NCBI GenBank assembly: GCA_002269645.1
Contig: NIVC01004161.1
Span: 1-57,372 of the forward strand
Length of the DNA stretch: 57,372 nucleotides
From: Macrostomum lignano
Lineage: Eukaryota
Reading direction: 5' to 3'
Positions 47,682 to 56,913 of this stretch are shown here, piece after piece. Within the stretch, counting starts at the first letter, position 1, and each line of letters opens with the position of its first letter. Made by a program: the position numbers and the translations under genes. The notes under the pieces were generated by a model, which had not been told where the DNA came from, ran no database searches, and was given only the letters and a program-made list of their open reading frames with translations.

Positions 47682-47973
47682 TTAACAATATGCTCTGATC
47701 TCTTTTGTTGTACAAAGTAATAGCATGCTATAGAAGACTGTAACCCATCATTAATTTTTTCATTGATCATTATTTACAATAAATAAATGATACCGGCATT
47801 CGTTTAAATTATAATTTTAGCACTTTTTTGTGTTTAATTATTTGAAAAAGTATATTTTTTATAGTTAGATTCTCAAGACTAAGCTTGTGTTTGTAGTAGA
47901 CGTAAATGTAGTGCTATCGTTCATGTTTCAAGAAAAAAAACTTTTTTTTAAACTTTCAGCTACAAGAATCGAC

Positions 47974-48456
47974 ATGAATCCCGAGCAGCAGCAGCAACAA
48001 CAACTAACTGATCGTAAGCTTTTAGTTGAACGTCTATACGATTCGGCAACGATTCCGACCCGAAAAACTGTCGGGTCGATCGGGTATGATCTTTGCGCTG
48101 GCGTCGATGGTACCATTCCGGCCTACGAGTCCCGGAGTGTGCGAACCGGACTCAAAATTCGCTTACCGCCTGGTACCTATGGCAGGATAGCGGGACGTTC
48201 CAGCATGGCTCTGCACAGCTTATTTGTTGGCGGTGGCGTAATCGACCCCGACTATACTGGTGAAATCTGTATAGTCTTGTTTAATTACAGTCCGGAAGAC
48301 TTTGAGTACTATGCCGGGCTCAGTATTGCACAACTGGTTCTGGAGCAGGCCGTGCTTGCTTCAGTCTATGTGACTGAAGCAGACAATTCGATTCGGATGA
48401 TTGAGCCGCCGACCAAGCGGCGCGGCTTTGGCGGCTTTGGCAGCACTGGCCAATAA
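47974..48456 (+). CDS. dut: Trimeric dUTPase
   Basis: All five motifs: GYDL, GRSS, GVIDPDYTGEI, IAQL, RGFGGFGSTG. Confidence 0.95.
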   Translation: MNPEQQQQQQLTDRKLLVERLYDSATIPTRKTVGSIGYDLCAGVDGTIPAYESRSVRTGLKIRLPPGTYGRIAGRSSMALHSLFVGGGVIDPDYTGEICIVLFNYSPEDFEYYAGLSIAQLVLEQAVLASVYVTEADNSIRMIEPPTKRRGFGGFGSTGQ

Positions 48457-48547
48457 GTATAATAATAATAATAAACTGATTTTTTTCTTTGGTGATTGGT
48501 GCACTATGCGAGAGCTTTGTAAATACTATAAGCAATTTTAAAAATTT

Positions 48548-48991
48548 ATGCCTAAAATATATGTTGTAAAAATGTCTCCAGCGAAAGATCGAGGTTTTAA
48601 AAAGAAAAAGAAGAGCATTCGTAAAAAGAAGAAATCTATTAGAAAGATTAATAAAAAGCAACAAGGTTATGGTGTCGTAAATTGGTTAATTAATCATTTA
48701 CCATTTGAAGCACATTTACCCGGCGGATATCAGTTTTGTGGTCCAGGTACGCAACTGCAAGCTAGGCTAGCAAAAGGACAACGAGGAATTAATCGGCTTG
48801 ACAATTTGTGCATGCTTCACGACGTGGCCTATGATAAAAATTCTGACGTGCAAGAGAGGTTAAAAGCTGATAAGCTATTAGAATCTGGTGCACGAGAGAT
48901 TGCCCACGATCCGTCTACTGGTTGGAAAGAAAAACTAGCTGCGAAGTTGGTTACCAAGGTTATGCAAGTTAAGCAACGCTTTGGTGCTTGA
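48548..48991 (+). CDS. Parvovirus VP1-type phospholipase A2 domain protein (PLA2X-like) with a Lys-rich N-terminus
   Basis: PGGYQFCGPGT (Ca-binding loop) and DNLCMLHDVAY (HD catalytic helix). Confidence 0.9.
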   Translation: MPKIYVVKMSPAKDRGFKKKKKSIRKKKKSIRKINKKQQGYGVVNWLINHLPFEAHLPGGYQFCGPGTQLQARLAKGQRGINRLDNLCMLHDVAYDKNSDVQERLKADKLLESGAREIAHDPSTGWKEKLAAKLVTKVMQVKQRFGA

Positions 48992-48993
48992 AA

Positions 48994-49683
48994 ATGCAGC
49001 AGCCATACAATATGCAACTAGCTCACGATTCTACATTTATTATTGCTGGACCTTCAAACTCGGGTAAAACTGAATGGACGTTGCGTTTGTTGACTGAACG
49101 AAAAGAATTATTTGATAAAAAACCGTGCCGTCTTGTTTGGTGCCATGGATCAAGTTTGAAACCAGACGATCAACAACGAATTAGAACATGCTGGCAAAAA
49201 AGCGGTCTTGACCCTATTGTTTTTGTACCCGAATTCACACCACAGATGATTAATCGTTTTTTACCACACGATTTGGTTGTTGTTGACGACTTGCAAAGCG
49301 AGATTGCTAAGTTGCCAGAATTTACTAGTATGTTTACAAAGCATGCGCATCATATCCCTTTGACTTGTCTGTACCTTTGTCAAGGTCTTTTTAACAAGTC
49401 TGATCCAGAAGCACGCATGCGAAGTTTATCAGCTAGTTATATTTGTCTAACTCGTAGTGTGCGCGATCGAACCACAGTTGAACATCTCGGTCGACAAATG
49501 TATCCGCGTAATAGTAGGTTTCTAGTGAATGTGTATGAAGACGCAACAAATAACAAACCTTTTTCATATTTATTCATTGACCTGCGGCAAGTGACACCAG
49601 ATTTTTTACGATTGAGAACAGGAATATTTTCTGGTGATGAACAAGTTGTCTATACTCGTGAATGTGATGCAAAGTTTGTGTAA
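48994..49683 (+). CDS. FtsK/A32-like DNA-packaging ATPase
   Basis: Walker A GPSNSGKT, Walker B LVVVDD, FTKHAHH...LCQGLF. Confidence 0.9.
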   Translation: MQQPYNMQLAHDSTFIIAGPSNSGKTEWTLRLLTERKELFDKKPCRLVWCHGSSLKPDDQQRIRTCWQKSGLDPIVFVPEFTPQMINRFLPHDLVVVDDLQSEIAKLPEFTSMFTKHAHHIPLTCLYLCQGLFNKSDPEARMRSLSASYICLTRSVRDRTTVEHLGRQMYPRNSRFLVNVYEDATNNKPFSYLFIDLRQVTPDFLRLRTGIFSGDEQVVYTRECDAKFV

Positions 49684-49740
49684 TATTATTATAAGCAAAT
49701 TATAAACTGTTGTCAATATTAGTTTGTGTTTTATTTCAAA

Positions 49741-50730
49741 ATGAGTTTTTACGTTTTTTTGCCGTCAAACGATATCAGTTACGAAACCAACTCGCCTAAT
49801 GAATTTCGAGTGCGACTAACTGAACCAATAAATTTATTGAACGGATTCTTCGAGGTTGCACTAGTTGAATTACTGTGCCATGGAGCAATTACGACGCCAA
49901 ATGCTCATCGTGAGCGTCGATTTGAAGTTCCATATTTTGCGGACATTGACTCAATAATACGATTAAAGAAAAACTATTGGGGTCGTGTTTGGGCAGAGGC
50001 AGACTTGGATGCTTACGTTTCCTGGCAACCGTCTGGTACAGATGAAAAATTTGCCTGGCTTTTACGAAATTCAGGCGAAAAAACTATTGGATTAGAACTA
50101 CCAGTTACATTTATGGACGCTTTCAAATTTGACTCTTGGAAGAAACTTTCTGGACTTGTCTCGGAAAAATTATCAAAACCTGCCGCTGGTAGTGTACAAC
50201 CACCGGATGGTTCATACTTGGATTTGATAAAAAGTCTCGACAATACTCTAGCGCTAGTACCTGAGAACTATTATGTTTTTTATTGTGTTCTATCGCCTGG
50301 TGAAGCTATACGACTTGTTTCGCATGGAGACTATCTTCGAAAAACGGAAGGAGAAGTGTACATCAAAGTACACCAATATTGGTTGAGAAATCGTGTTTGG
50401 CGCATTAACAAAACCTACTTGGATGCTGTGCTACCTTCTCCGATGCCTAGTAAAACGGTTTACATGTACTGTTACACAGATATAATCGAGTATCAAGCAG
50501 TGGGAAGTACATCAGTACCGTTGCTTCGAGTTGTGGAACTCCAACAAAAGAAAAACGGAGAACTTATACGCGATAGCAGTGCATTGCAAACACCCTACTA
50601 CTTGAAAACAAATCGACAACAAATTCACGAGATTTCGATTCGACTATCGGACCAGCGCGGAAAACCGTTTAATTTTGATCCGGGAGCACACGTTGTTGTC
50701 GTACTGCATTTTAAACATAGGTCGGACTAA
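49741..50730 (+). CDS. Minor capsid protein (penton)
   Basis: Starts MSFYVFLPSN..YETNSPNEFRVRL..PI.L...FEVALVE and ends VYMYCYTDIIEYQ.VG....PLLRVV...I.IRLSDQRG.P..F...V.VVLHFK, the Polinton penton signature. Confidence 0.85.
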   Translation: MSFYVFLPSNDISYETNSPNEFRVRLTEPINLLNGFFEVALVELLCHGAITTPNAHRERRFEVPYFADIDSIIRLKKNYWGRVWAEADLDAYVSWQPSGTDEKFAWLLRNSGEKTIGLELPVTFMDAFKFDSWKKLSGLVSEKLSKPAAGSVQPPDGSYLDLIKSLDNTLALVPENYYVFYCVLSPGEAIRLVSHGDYLRKTEGEVYIKVHQYWLRNRVWRINKTYLDAVLPSPMPSKTVYMYCYTDIIEYQAVGSTSVPLLRVVELQQKKNGELIRDSSALQTPYYLKTNRQQIHEISIRLSDQRGKPFNFDPGAHVVVVLHFKHRSD

Positions 50731-50786
50731 TTTATAAGCAAAGATTAATTGTGTAATAGAAAATTTTGTGAATTTGTTTTGTAAGA

Positions 50787-51215
50787 ATGAGCGAACTAAC
50801 AGAAAAAGGAAAACAAAATGCTCGCTCATTGTGTCAGTGTGCTTTTTTACTACAAATTGTTTATCGGCTAAAGCATCCAAAGCAGAGAAAAAGTTTTTTA
50901 CAAACACTTTCAGAGTCGGAGATACGATGTCTAGTAGACTTTCTGTTTAATATTATTAGTGGACGTATTAAAATTAGTAACTGTAACAAAAGACGACTTG
51001 AGAAGCATCGCAGATATATACGCCAGCTTTTGGAACAGAAGACTCCAATTACTGCAAAAAGGAAAATACTTGTCCAACACGGAGGATTTTTACCTTTTTT
51101 GGCTCCAATTATTGCCGCTCTACCTGCTATAAGCACTGCGCTTGGGATAACGTCTGGAGTAGTTGGTACCGCCGCGGGAGCAGCGAATTTAATACGATCA
51201 ATTCAACGAAAGTAG
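50787..51215 (+). CDS. Conserved Polinton virion protein with an adenovirus pX-like C-terminal hydrophobic segment
   Basis: Basic helical domain followed by QHGGFLPFLAPIIAALPAI, similar to adenovirus pX GG(F/I)LPxLIPxIAAAIGA. Confidence 0.7.
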   Translation: MSELTEKGKQNARSLCQCAFLLQIVYRLKHPKQRKSFLQTLSESEIRCLVDFLFNIISGRIKISNCNKRRLEKHRRYIRQLLEQKTPITAKRKILVQHGGFLPFLAPIIAALPAISTALGITSGVVGTAAGAANLIRSIQRK

Positions 51216-51225
51216 TAGGAATATA

Positions 51226-51915
51226 ATGCGAACTAACGAGAGTAGTAGTTTTCAACGAATGTATCTAGTACCTGAATCTGTGTATCAATCTGCATGTCAA
51301 GGTGCAGAGCAAGGATCGTCACCAACTGCTGAGACACCTCGAAAAACTGAAGTTTTAGACGCACCGCAAGATGCTCTGGCAAAAAATATGGTGGAAATGA
51401 GAGACCAAATGGATAACTTGGACAAGGAAATGGAAAAGGAGCCAAATTACACAGCTCAATTGAAACGAAGCAGATTGGAAGACAAACTTTTAAAATTGCG
51501 CAAAGTCTATCGCACTGGAGACGAGGACAATCTGTCACTTGTTCGCAAAGGGACTACTGTAAGAAGTTCATATGCCAGCGAATCAAGGGAAATTCCTAAA
51601 GTTTTTTTACCACGTTTCGAAGCTCTCGCTCAAAACCTATTTTCGGACATGGACAAGAATGCAGAACCAATGCTGGCTAATTTGACTGATGCCGAGATAC
51701 AAGATCTCATGGAATATGTTGTTCGAGACAGACCGCTTAAGCGACACGAGACTCAACCGCCTAGTGGACTAAAAACATTTTTAGACTTTCTTCGAAAACG
51801 TGGAATCGCAGCAAACCAAATCGGGCGTCATGTACGAAACGAGCTAATGTCTGCTCCAAAAACTGTTGCAAAGGAGGATCTTAGTCTGTTTGAAAATTAT
51901 CAAACACTGAATTAA
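51226..51915 (+). CDS. Polinton hypothetical protein
   Basis: 229-aa ORF with an N-terminal RMYLVP motif and a coiled coil, tightly packed between core genes. Confidence 0.7.
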   Translation: MRTNESSSFQRMYLVPESVYQSACQGAEQGSSPTAETPRKTEVLDAPQDALAKNMVEMRDQMDNLDKEMEKEPNYTAQLKRSRLEDKLLKLRKVYRTGDEDNLSLVRKGTTVRSSYASESREIPKVFLPRFEALAQNLFSDMDKNAEPMLANLTDAEIQDLMEYVVRDRPLKRHETQPPSGLKTFLDFLRKRGIAANQIGRHVRNELMSAPKTVAKEDLSLFENYQTLN

Positions 51916-52027
51916 GTTGTTTTAAAATTACAGATTACGTTTTAACAAAATTGATTCGAGCACTATAAGCTTTTTAAAAAGGTTAATTTTTTGTTTATGA
52001 AAAATATATAGTTTAATAAGACAAACC

Positions 52028-52216
52028 ATGTCATCTATCTTCCAAAAACTTTTGATTCGTCTCTGTGAGTTTTTTTGCATAAAATCTGAATGTGTGCCGT
52101 TTCTGGGAAAGGAGCACAACGAGGATACTGACGGAGATTCGATCGAGGCTTCGTTCTTTTGTTGCAACTGTCAAACGACTAGCATCAATCTAACTGATGA
52201 TGAAGCGAGTGCGTAA
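52028..52216 (+). CDS. Small Cys-rich ORF overlapping the integrase start
   Basis: 62-aa ATG ORF filling the gap between genes; no recognised motif. Confidence 0.3.
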   Translation: MSSIFQKLLIRLCEFFCIKSECVPFLGKEHNEDTDGDSIEASFFCCNCQTTSINLTDDEASA

Positions 52217-53357
52217 GGAAATTGAAGAATTTTTGACGGATGCTTTTTTTAACTTGAACAGGCCTACTTCATTTAGTGGTAACAAGACTATACTTGTTCG
52301 TGAAGTACGTAAAAAGTTTCCACAGATTACGAACAAAGTTGCAAAGCGCGAAGTTGATAATTGGGTGCGATCAACAAATGAGCATCATTTATTTCGAAAA
52401 ACACGACGAAACTTTCCAACTCCAAAAATTAGTGTGCCACCAGTTGCAAAGTTTCAGTTTCAAATCGATTTGGCAGATTTACCTCAATACAAGACGGAAA
52501 ATCGAGGTTATCGTTACATACTTGTTCTTATCGACTGTTTTACTAGAGTTGTACGACTAAGACCATTGCGTACAAAGAAGCCTTCAGAAGTTAGTCAAGT
52601 ATTACTAGAGATTTTTCGAAGTGGTTTTAAGCCTGTTTATTTACAAGGTGATGCTGGTATGGAGTTTCTCGGAAGAGCTACACGTCAAATGCTGAAACAG
52701 GAAGGAGTTCGATTTTTTGTTAGCCAAAGCAATTACAAGGCAAGCATGGCTGAACGATTTATCCGCTCGTTAAAGGAACGTCTATTACGATACTTTCGAG
52801 CAAAAAATTTACCTCGATGGTTTGACATTTTACCGCAATTGGAAGATAATTTCAACTCTAGTCCTCATCGATCCTTGAGTGGAGAAACACCAAAACGGGT
52901 AGAGACAGACCCGCATTTACAAGGAATTTTGTGGGACAAAATGTTTGCGAAGTCGTACACTAAAAAGAATGAGAATAAATTTAAAGTTGGTGATTGGGTT
53001 AGAATTACACGACGTCGAGGAACATTTGAAAAAGGATACACTACGACTTGGAGTAATTCAAAATATCGCATTCATCGTGTACACTTGACAGACCCGCCAA
53101 TGTACGAATTAGTGGACCCTGAAGATGGATTTGAAGTGCTGAAAGGAAGGTTTAACCAAGCGGAACTAATGTTGGTAAACGAGACAGATGAAACACCTAA
53201 TGAAATTGAAAAAGTTATTGAAACTGATCGAGCGAAAAATGGAAGTCGTCTGTATCTAGTAAAATGGAAAGGTATGCCAATCTCAAGAAGTCAGTGGTTA
53301 AACGAAAATGATCTTGACGCAAAGACTGCTAAACTATTTTCTAAAGTGTATAAGTAA
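52197..53357 (+). CDS. int: Retroviral-like (rve) integrase with a C-terminal chromodomain
   Basis: DDE: FQIDLADL, LQGDAGMEF, KASMAERFIRSLK. Chromodomain EIEKVI...YLVKWKG......WLNENDL. Confidence 0.95.
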   Translation: MMKRVRKEIEEFLTDAFFNLNRPTSFSGNKTILVREVRKKFPQITNKVAKREVDNWVRSTNEHHLFRKTRRNFPTPKISVPPVAKFQFQIDLADLPQYKTENRGYRYILVLIDCFTRVVRLRPLRTKKPSEVSQVLLEIFRSGFKPVYLQGDAGMEFLGRATRQMLKQEGVRFFVSQSNYKASMAERFIRSLKERLLRYFRAKNLPRWFDILPQLEDNFNSSPHRSLSGETPKRVETDPHLQGILWDKMFAKSYTKKNENKFKVGDWVRITRRRGTFEKGYTTTWSNSKYRIHRVHLTDPPMYELVDPEDGFEVLKGRFNQAELMLVNETDETPNEIEKVIETDRAKNGSRLYLVKWKGMPISRSQWLNENDLDAKTAKLFSKVYK

Positions 53358-53398
53358 CACATGAATTGGGATTGCATGACGAAGAGAAGACTGTTGAA

Positions 53399-53857
53399 AT
53401 GGATCCTATTTTTGCTTTTTATTCTGGTCCGAATAGATCTGCTGAAGGTGGAGGTGGATATGGCATTCCTGTTTACGAAGGTTACGGTTTTTTGTCAAAT
53501 TTGGCGGACAGATTGGTGTATCCTGTACTACGCAACGCAAAGAAAGATTTCTTGGATCGTGGTCTGGAGTATTTGAAAAGTGCGACAGCAAAAATTGGTA
53601 TGGGTCGGAAGCGTCACTTGGACACAGAATCGAGCGAAGAGATGTTTAATACAACTGCAGTTTCGAGACCAAAGCGAAGGAAAAGAACCAGTGGAGTGGC
53701 TATAAGCTTAGGAAAGAAGAAACGGCAAAAGAAACGACGAACAAGACAGTGTGGAAAGGGACGCGTGAACAAAAGAAAACGCAAGAAGACCGGTGGTATA
53801 GGAAAACGTCGAACTGCTACTGCAAGCAAGAAACTTTTTAGTCTGTTTGAAAAGTAG
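53399..53857 (+). CDS. Arg/Lys-rich putative DNA-condensing core protein
   Basis: GGGGYG..YEGYGF N-terminus, amphipathic helix, then a very basic tail (KRRKR, KKKRQKKRR). Confidence 0.7.
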   Translation: MDPIFAFYSGPNRSAEGGGGYGIPVYEGYGFLSNLADRLVYPVLRNAKKDFLDRGLEYLKSATAKIGMGRKRHLDTESSEEMFNTTAVSRPKRRKRTSGVAISLGKKKRQKKRRTRQCGKGRVNKRKRKKTGGIGKRRTATASKKLFSLFEK

Positions 53858-53858
53858 C

Positions 53859-55180
53859 ATGAACCATTTGCTTGGACCTGATATTGCTGCTCTTAAAAGT
53901 GAATTGTCGCTATTTGATCAAAGTCCTGTTCAGTTTAGTGTTTTGGATAATCGATATACTAACATTCAACCGCAACATGGTATTACAAAAGGATCACCTA
54001 TCGAATTTGAAGTTGTGCCTGCAGGCGATTTGTATTTGGATCTACAAGAAACTGTGCTCACGGTATGCTTCAGCGTTAGTGATAGTGAAGGTGAACCTAT
54101 AGATGCAACGAAAAATTTTGTTTGTTTGAATAATTTGGTTATTGGAACATTGTTTGAGGACGTTCAATTTACTATTGGCGATACTGTAGTTGAAGGTGGT
54201 AGTTTTATGTATCCATACAAGGCTATGCTTCTTACATTACTGGAATATGGACATACAGCTCAGAAGGCTGGTTTACTGCCGTGGGGGTTTTACAAGGATA
54301 CAGCTGGTAAAATGAATGCAACAAGTGAAAACGATGGACGAACAAAGAGGCAGGCGCTCATTGCTAACAATAGGCGGTGCACTGTATCGGGGCCGTTATT
54401 CTTGGATTTGTTTCGTCAGCCTCGGTATCTACTATCAAAGACACCACTACGGATCAAGCTCATACCGGCAAAAAGTAAATTTGTCCTGAGCGGGTCAACA
54501 TTAGAAGCTGGTGCGGTTTTAAAAGACTATGAGATCAAGTTTTTGCGTGCAGAACTACGATTGCGGTTTGTTCAACCCTCGCCGAGTGTTATCAGTGCAC
54601 ATGCTCATGGACTTAAAAGTCACAATGCATTATATCCGCACCGAAGTCTAAGCCTTGGTACGTTTACTATACCCGAGGATCGTCTAGCCATACGCATGAA
54701 AATTTGTTTCCTAGTGGGGTACCACGGCTTTTATTGATGGCAATCGTAAGCAACAAGGCATTCAATGGAAGCATGGACACAAATCCGTTCAACTTTGAGC
54801 ATGCAAATGTGAGCAGCATTGGTGTGTTTGTGAATGGAGACTCGGTACCATCGCGTCCGCTGCAGACAAACTTTGGAGATGATTGTGTGACAGAGTATAA
54901 TTTTTTGCTACAACAGCTTGGAATCTATCTACAGGGACGAGATATTGGATTTAATATGCTGGATTACGCCAATGGTTACTCAATTTTTGCATTCAGTCTT
55001 GGAAGTGAACCTGGTGTCGGACGGGGAGTGCAACTGTATAAGGAAGGAAATGTAAAACTAGAGTTACGCTTCAATGCTGCAACTAGTACCGTGTACAACG
55101 TCATATTTGGAGGTATATTTGACAAGCAACTGCAACTGACTGAACTTCGCGACATTGTTCCTGGCACAGTATGGAAGTAA
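53859..55180 (+). CDS. Major capsid protein (double jelly-roll hexon) with a 1-nt frameshift at about 54675
   Basis: KSELSLFDQSPVQFS, PIEFEV....LYLDLQET, MYPYKA, GPLFLDLFRQPRYLL. The second frame ENLFPSGVPRLL..V.N.AFNGS...NPFNF joins if one G is added in cccgaggatcg. Confidence 0.9.
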
Positions 55181-55734
55181 TTGATTCTATCCTAGATCGT
55201 GGTGTAACAGATCGCTTCCTTCGCAATGTTGTATCGAAATTGTGCGCACATTTTTTAAATGTTGTATTTCTTGGTGTTTTTCCTCAAAACTTTGTTGGTG
55301 GACTTAGACGCTTACCTTTAGACGGTAAAGACTATTTTTTTATCGTTAATACTGACGTCTCCAACCTGCCCGGAAAACATTGGGTATGCGTTTGGGTTTA
55401 TGGTCATCGAGCAGGTCGCGGTAGCAAACGACTTGGTGAATATTTTGATTCTCTTGGTCTAGTACCATTGCCAAGAATAGCAAAATGGCTAGGAAAAGAA
55501 TGTGGAAATTCGAAAAATTGGTGTTATAGTCGCTTTGCTATCCAAGACCCACAGAGTGGAAGTTGTGGATTTTGGGTAATTTTTTATATTTTTCATAAGT
55601 TGACTACCAGAGGAAACCTAGAGTGTTTTATTCGAAGCGTTTTTAAACGGAATATAATTCGCACTGGTTCGTTTCGATACTTGTATGCTAAATTACGCAA
55701 TTTTGTTTTACGAGTGCTGCCTCAATATTTGTAA
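55171..55734 (+). CDS. Adenain-like cysteine protease (maturation protease)
   Basis: VNTD....PGKHWV (His), YFDSLG (Asp), IQDPQSGSCGFW (Gln/Cys). Confidence 0.92.
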   Translation: MEVIDSILDRGVTDRFLRNVVSKLCAHFLNVVFLGVFPQNFVGGLRRLPLDGKDYFFIVNTDVSNLPGKHWVCVWVYGHRAGRGSKRLGEYFDSLGLVPLPRIAKWLGKECGNSKNWCYSRFAIQDPQSGSCGFWVIFYIFHKLTTRGNLECFIRSVFKRNIIRTGSFRYLYAKLRNFVLRVLPQYL

Positions 55735-55980
55735 ACTCGCTAATTTGTGCGTCAAATTGTGTTTGTATCTAGTTGAAATATACAATACTGCTTGAAAAGA
55801 AGAATTTAAATGCGTTAAGTTATACGCGAAATAAGCTTTGTGTCAAATTGAATTTTGGTTGGGCTTGTAATTAGCTGCATTCATTGCGGATAGAATTTAG
55901 GTGGATAGACAGGTGTTTGCGTAAAAGTGATTCAGCTAATTGGTTAATTCATTGCGTAAAAGCTAGTTTGCGTGCACGGC

Positions 55981-56072
55981 AAATTTCAGACTCTGCCATT
56001 TTTTTGGGCCTGTACTTACTATGTATTTCGCCATAAGGAAATCGGCTTTGTGTCAAAAAAACGTATACTACT
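55981..56072 (-). repeat. Right terminal inverted repeat
   Basis: Ends ...GTATACTACT; inverse of 40761-40852. Confidence 0.95.
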
Positions 56073-56913
56073 GAGCCAAACGCACCATTAGACTGCTCTG
56101 GGGCATGAGAATCGGCTGTGTTGTAATCTGCGGCAACCTGCTGGGCGGTGCCATCTTGCTGTTGAGTTCCCGCAGGTGGTGGCAGCTGCTGGGCGGTGCC
56201 GTCTTGCTGTTGAATTCCCGGCAGGTGGTGGCAGCTGCTGGGCGGTGCCGTCTTGCTGTTGAATTCCCGCAGGTGGTGGCAGCTGCTGGGCGGTGCCATC
56301 TTGCTGTTGAGTTCCCGCAGGTGGTGGCAGCTGCTGGGCGGTGCCGTCTTGCTGTTGAGTTCCCGCAGGTGGTGGCAGCTGCTGGGCGGTGCCGTCTTGC
56401 TGTTGAATTCCCGCAGGTGGTGGCAGCTGCTGGCGGTGCCGTCTTGCTGTTGAATTCCCGCAGGTGGTGGCAGCTGCTGGGCGGTGCCGTCTTGCTGTTG
56501 AATTCCCGCAGGTGGTGGCAGCTGCTGGGCGGTGCCATCTTGCTGTTGAATTGCCGCAGGTGGTGGCAGCTGCTGGGCGGTGCCATCTTGCTGTTGAATG
56601 TCCACAGGTGCTGGCTCGCAGATGCCGGGAGGCTGCTCATTAATGATAGCAATGTCGCTGTCCTCAGTCTCCTCACCGGTTGGCACTTCGTACAGTAGGC
56701 TGCCCGGACTGTCCATGCGAATCTGCTTTCTCTGATAACCGGGAAATGTCTAGCCGACTGAGCAGCGAGTGGGCGTTGGAATTGTGGCTGCTGCTGCTGC
56801 TCAACAAAGTCATCATCGCTGTTACAGCCGTCTCTAATTACACCGTTTATTAATTGGCTGAGAGCCTGTCGTGCAGCGGTTTGCTCTCCGGCTATTTGAT
56901 GTGCTTTCTGCAT
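56073..56913 (-). CDS. Hypothetical coding sequence with a 48-bp (QQQDGTAQQLPPPAGI)n repeat, truncated by the Polinton; contains indels
   Basis: ORFs 56068..56913 and 55949..56716 are alternate frames of one GC-rich coding-like tract that runs into the TIR at GAFGS. Confidence 0.45.
56140..56600. repeat. 48-bp tandem repeat
   Basis: (CTTGCTGTTGAATTCCCGCAGGTGGTGGCAGCTGCTGGGCGGTGCCGT)n with single-base indels. Confidence 0.9.

Larger units (their letters stand above)
40761..56072 (+). mobile_element. Polinton/Maverick (adintovirus-like) endogenous virus, 15.3 kb, PolB-deleted
   Basis: 92-bp TIRs (91/92 identical) starting with the canonical AGTAGT; encloses integrase, hexon, penton, packaging ATPase, adenain and a PolB remnant. 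Confidence 0.95.
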
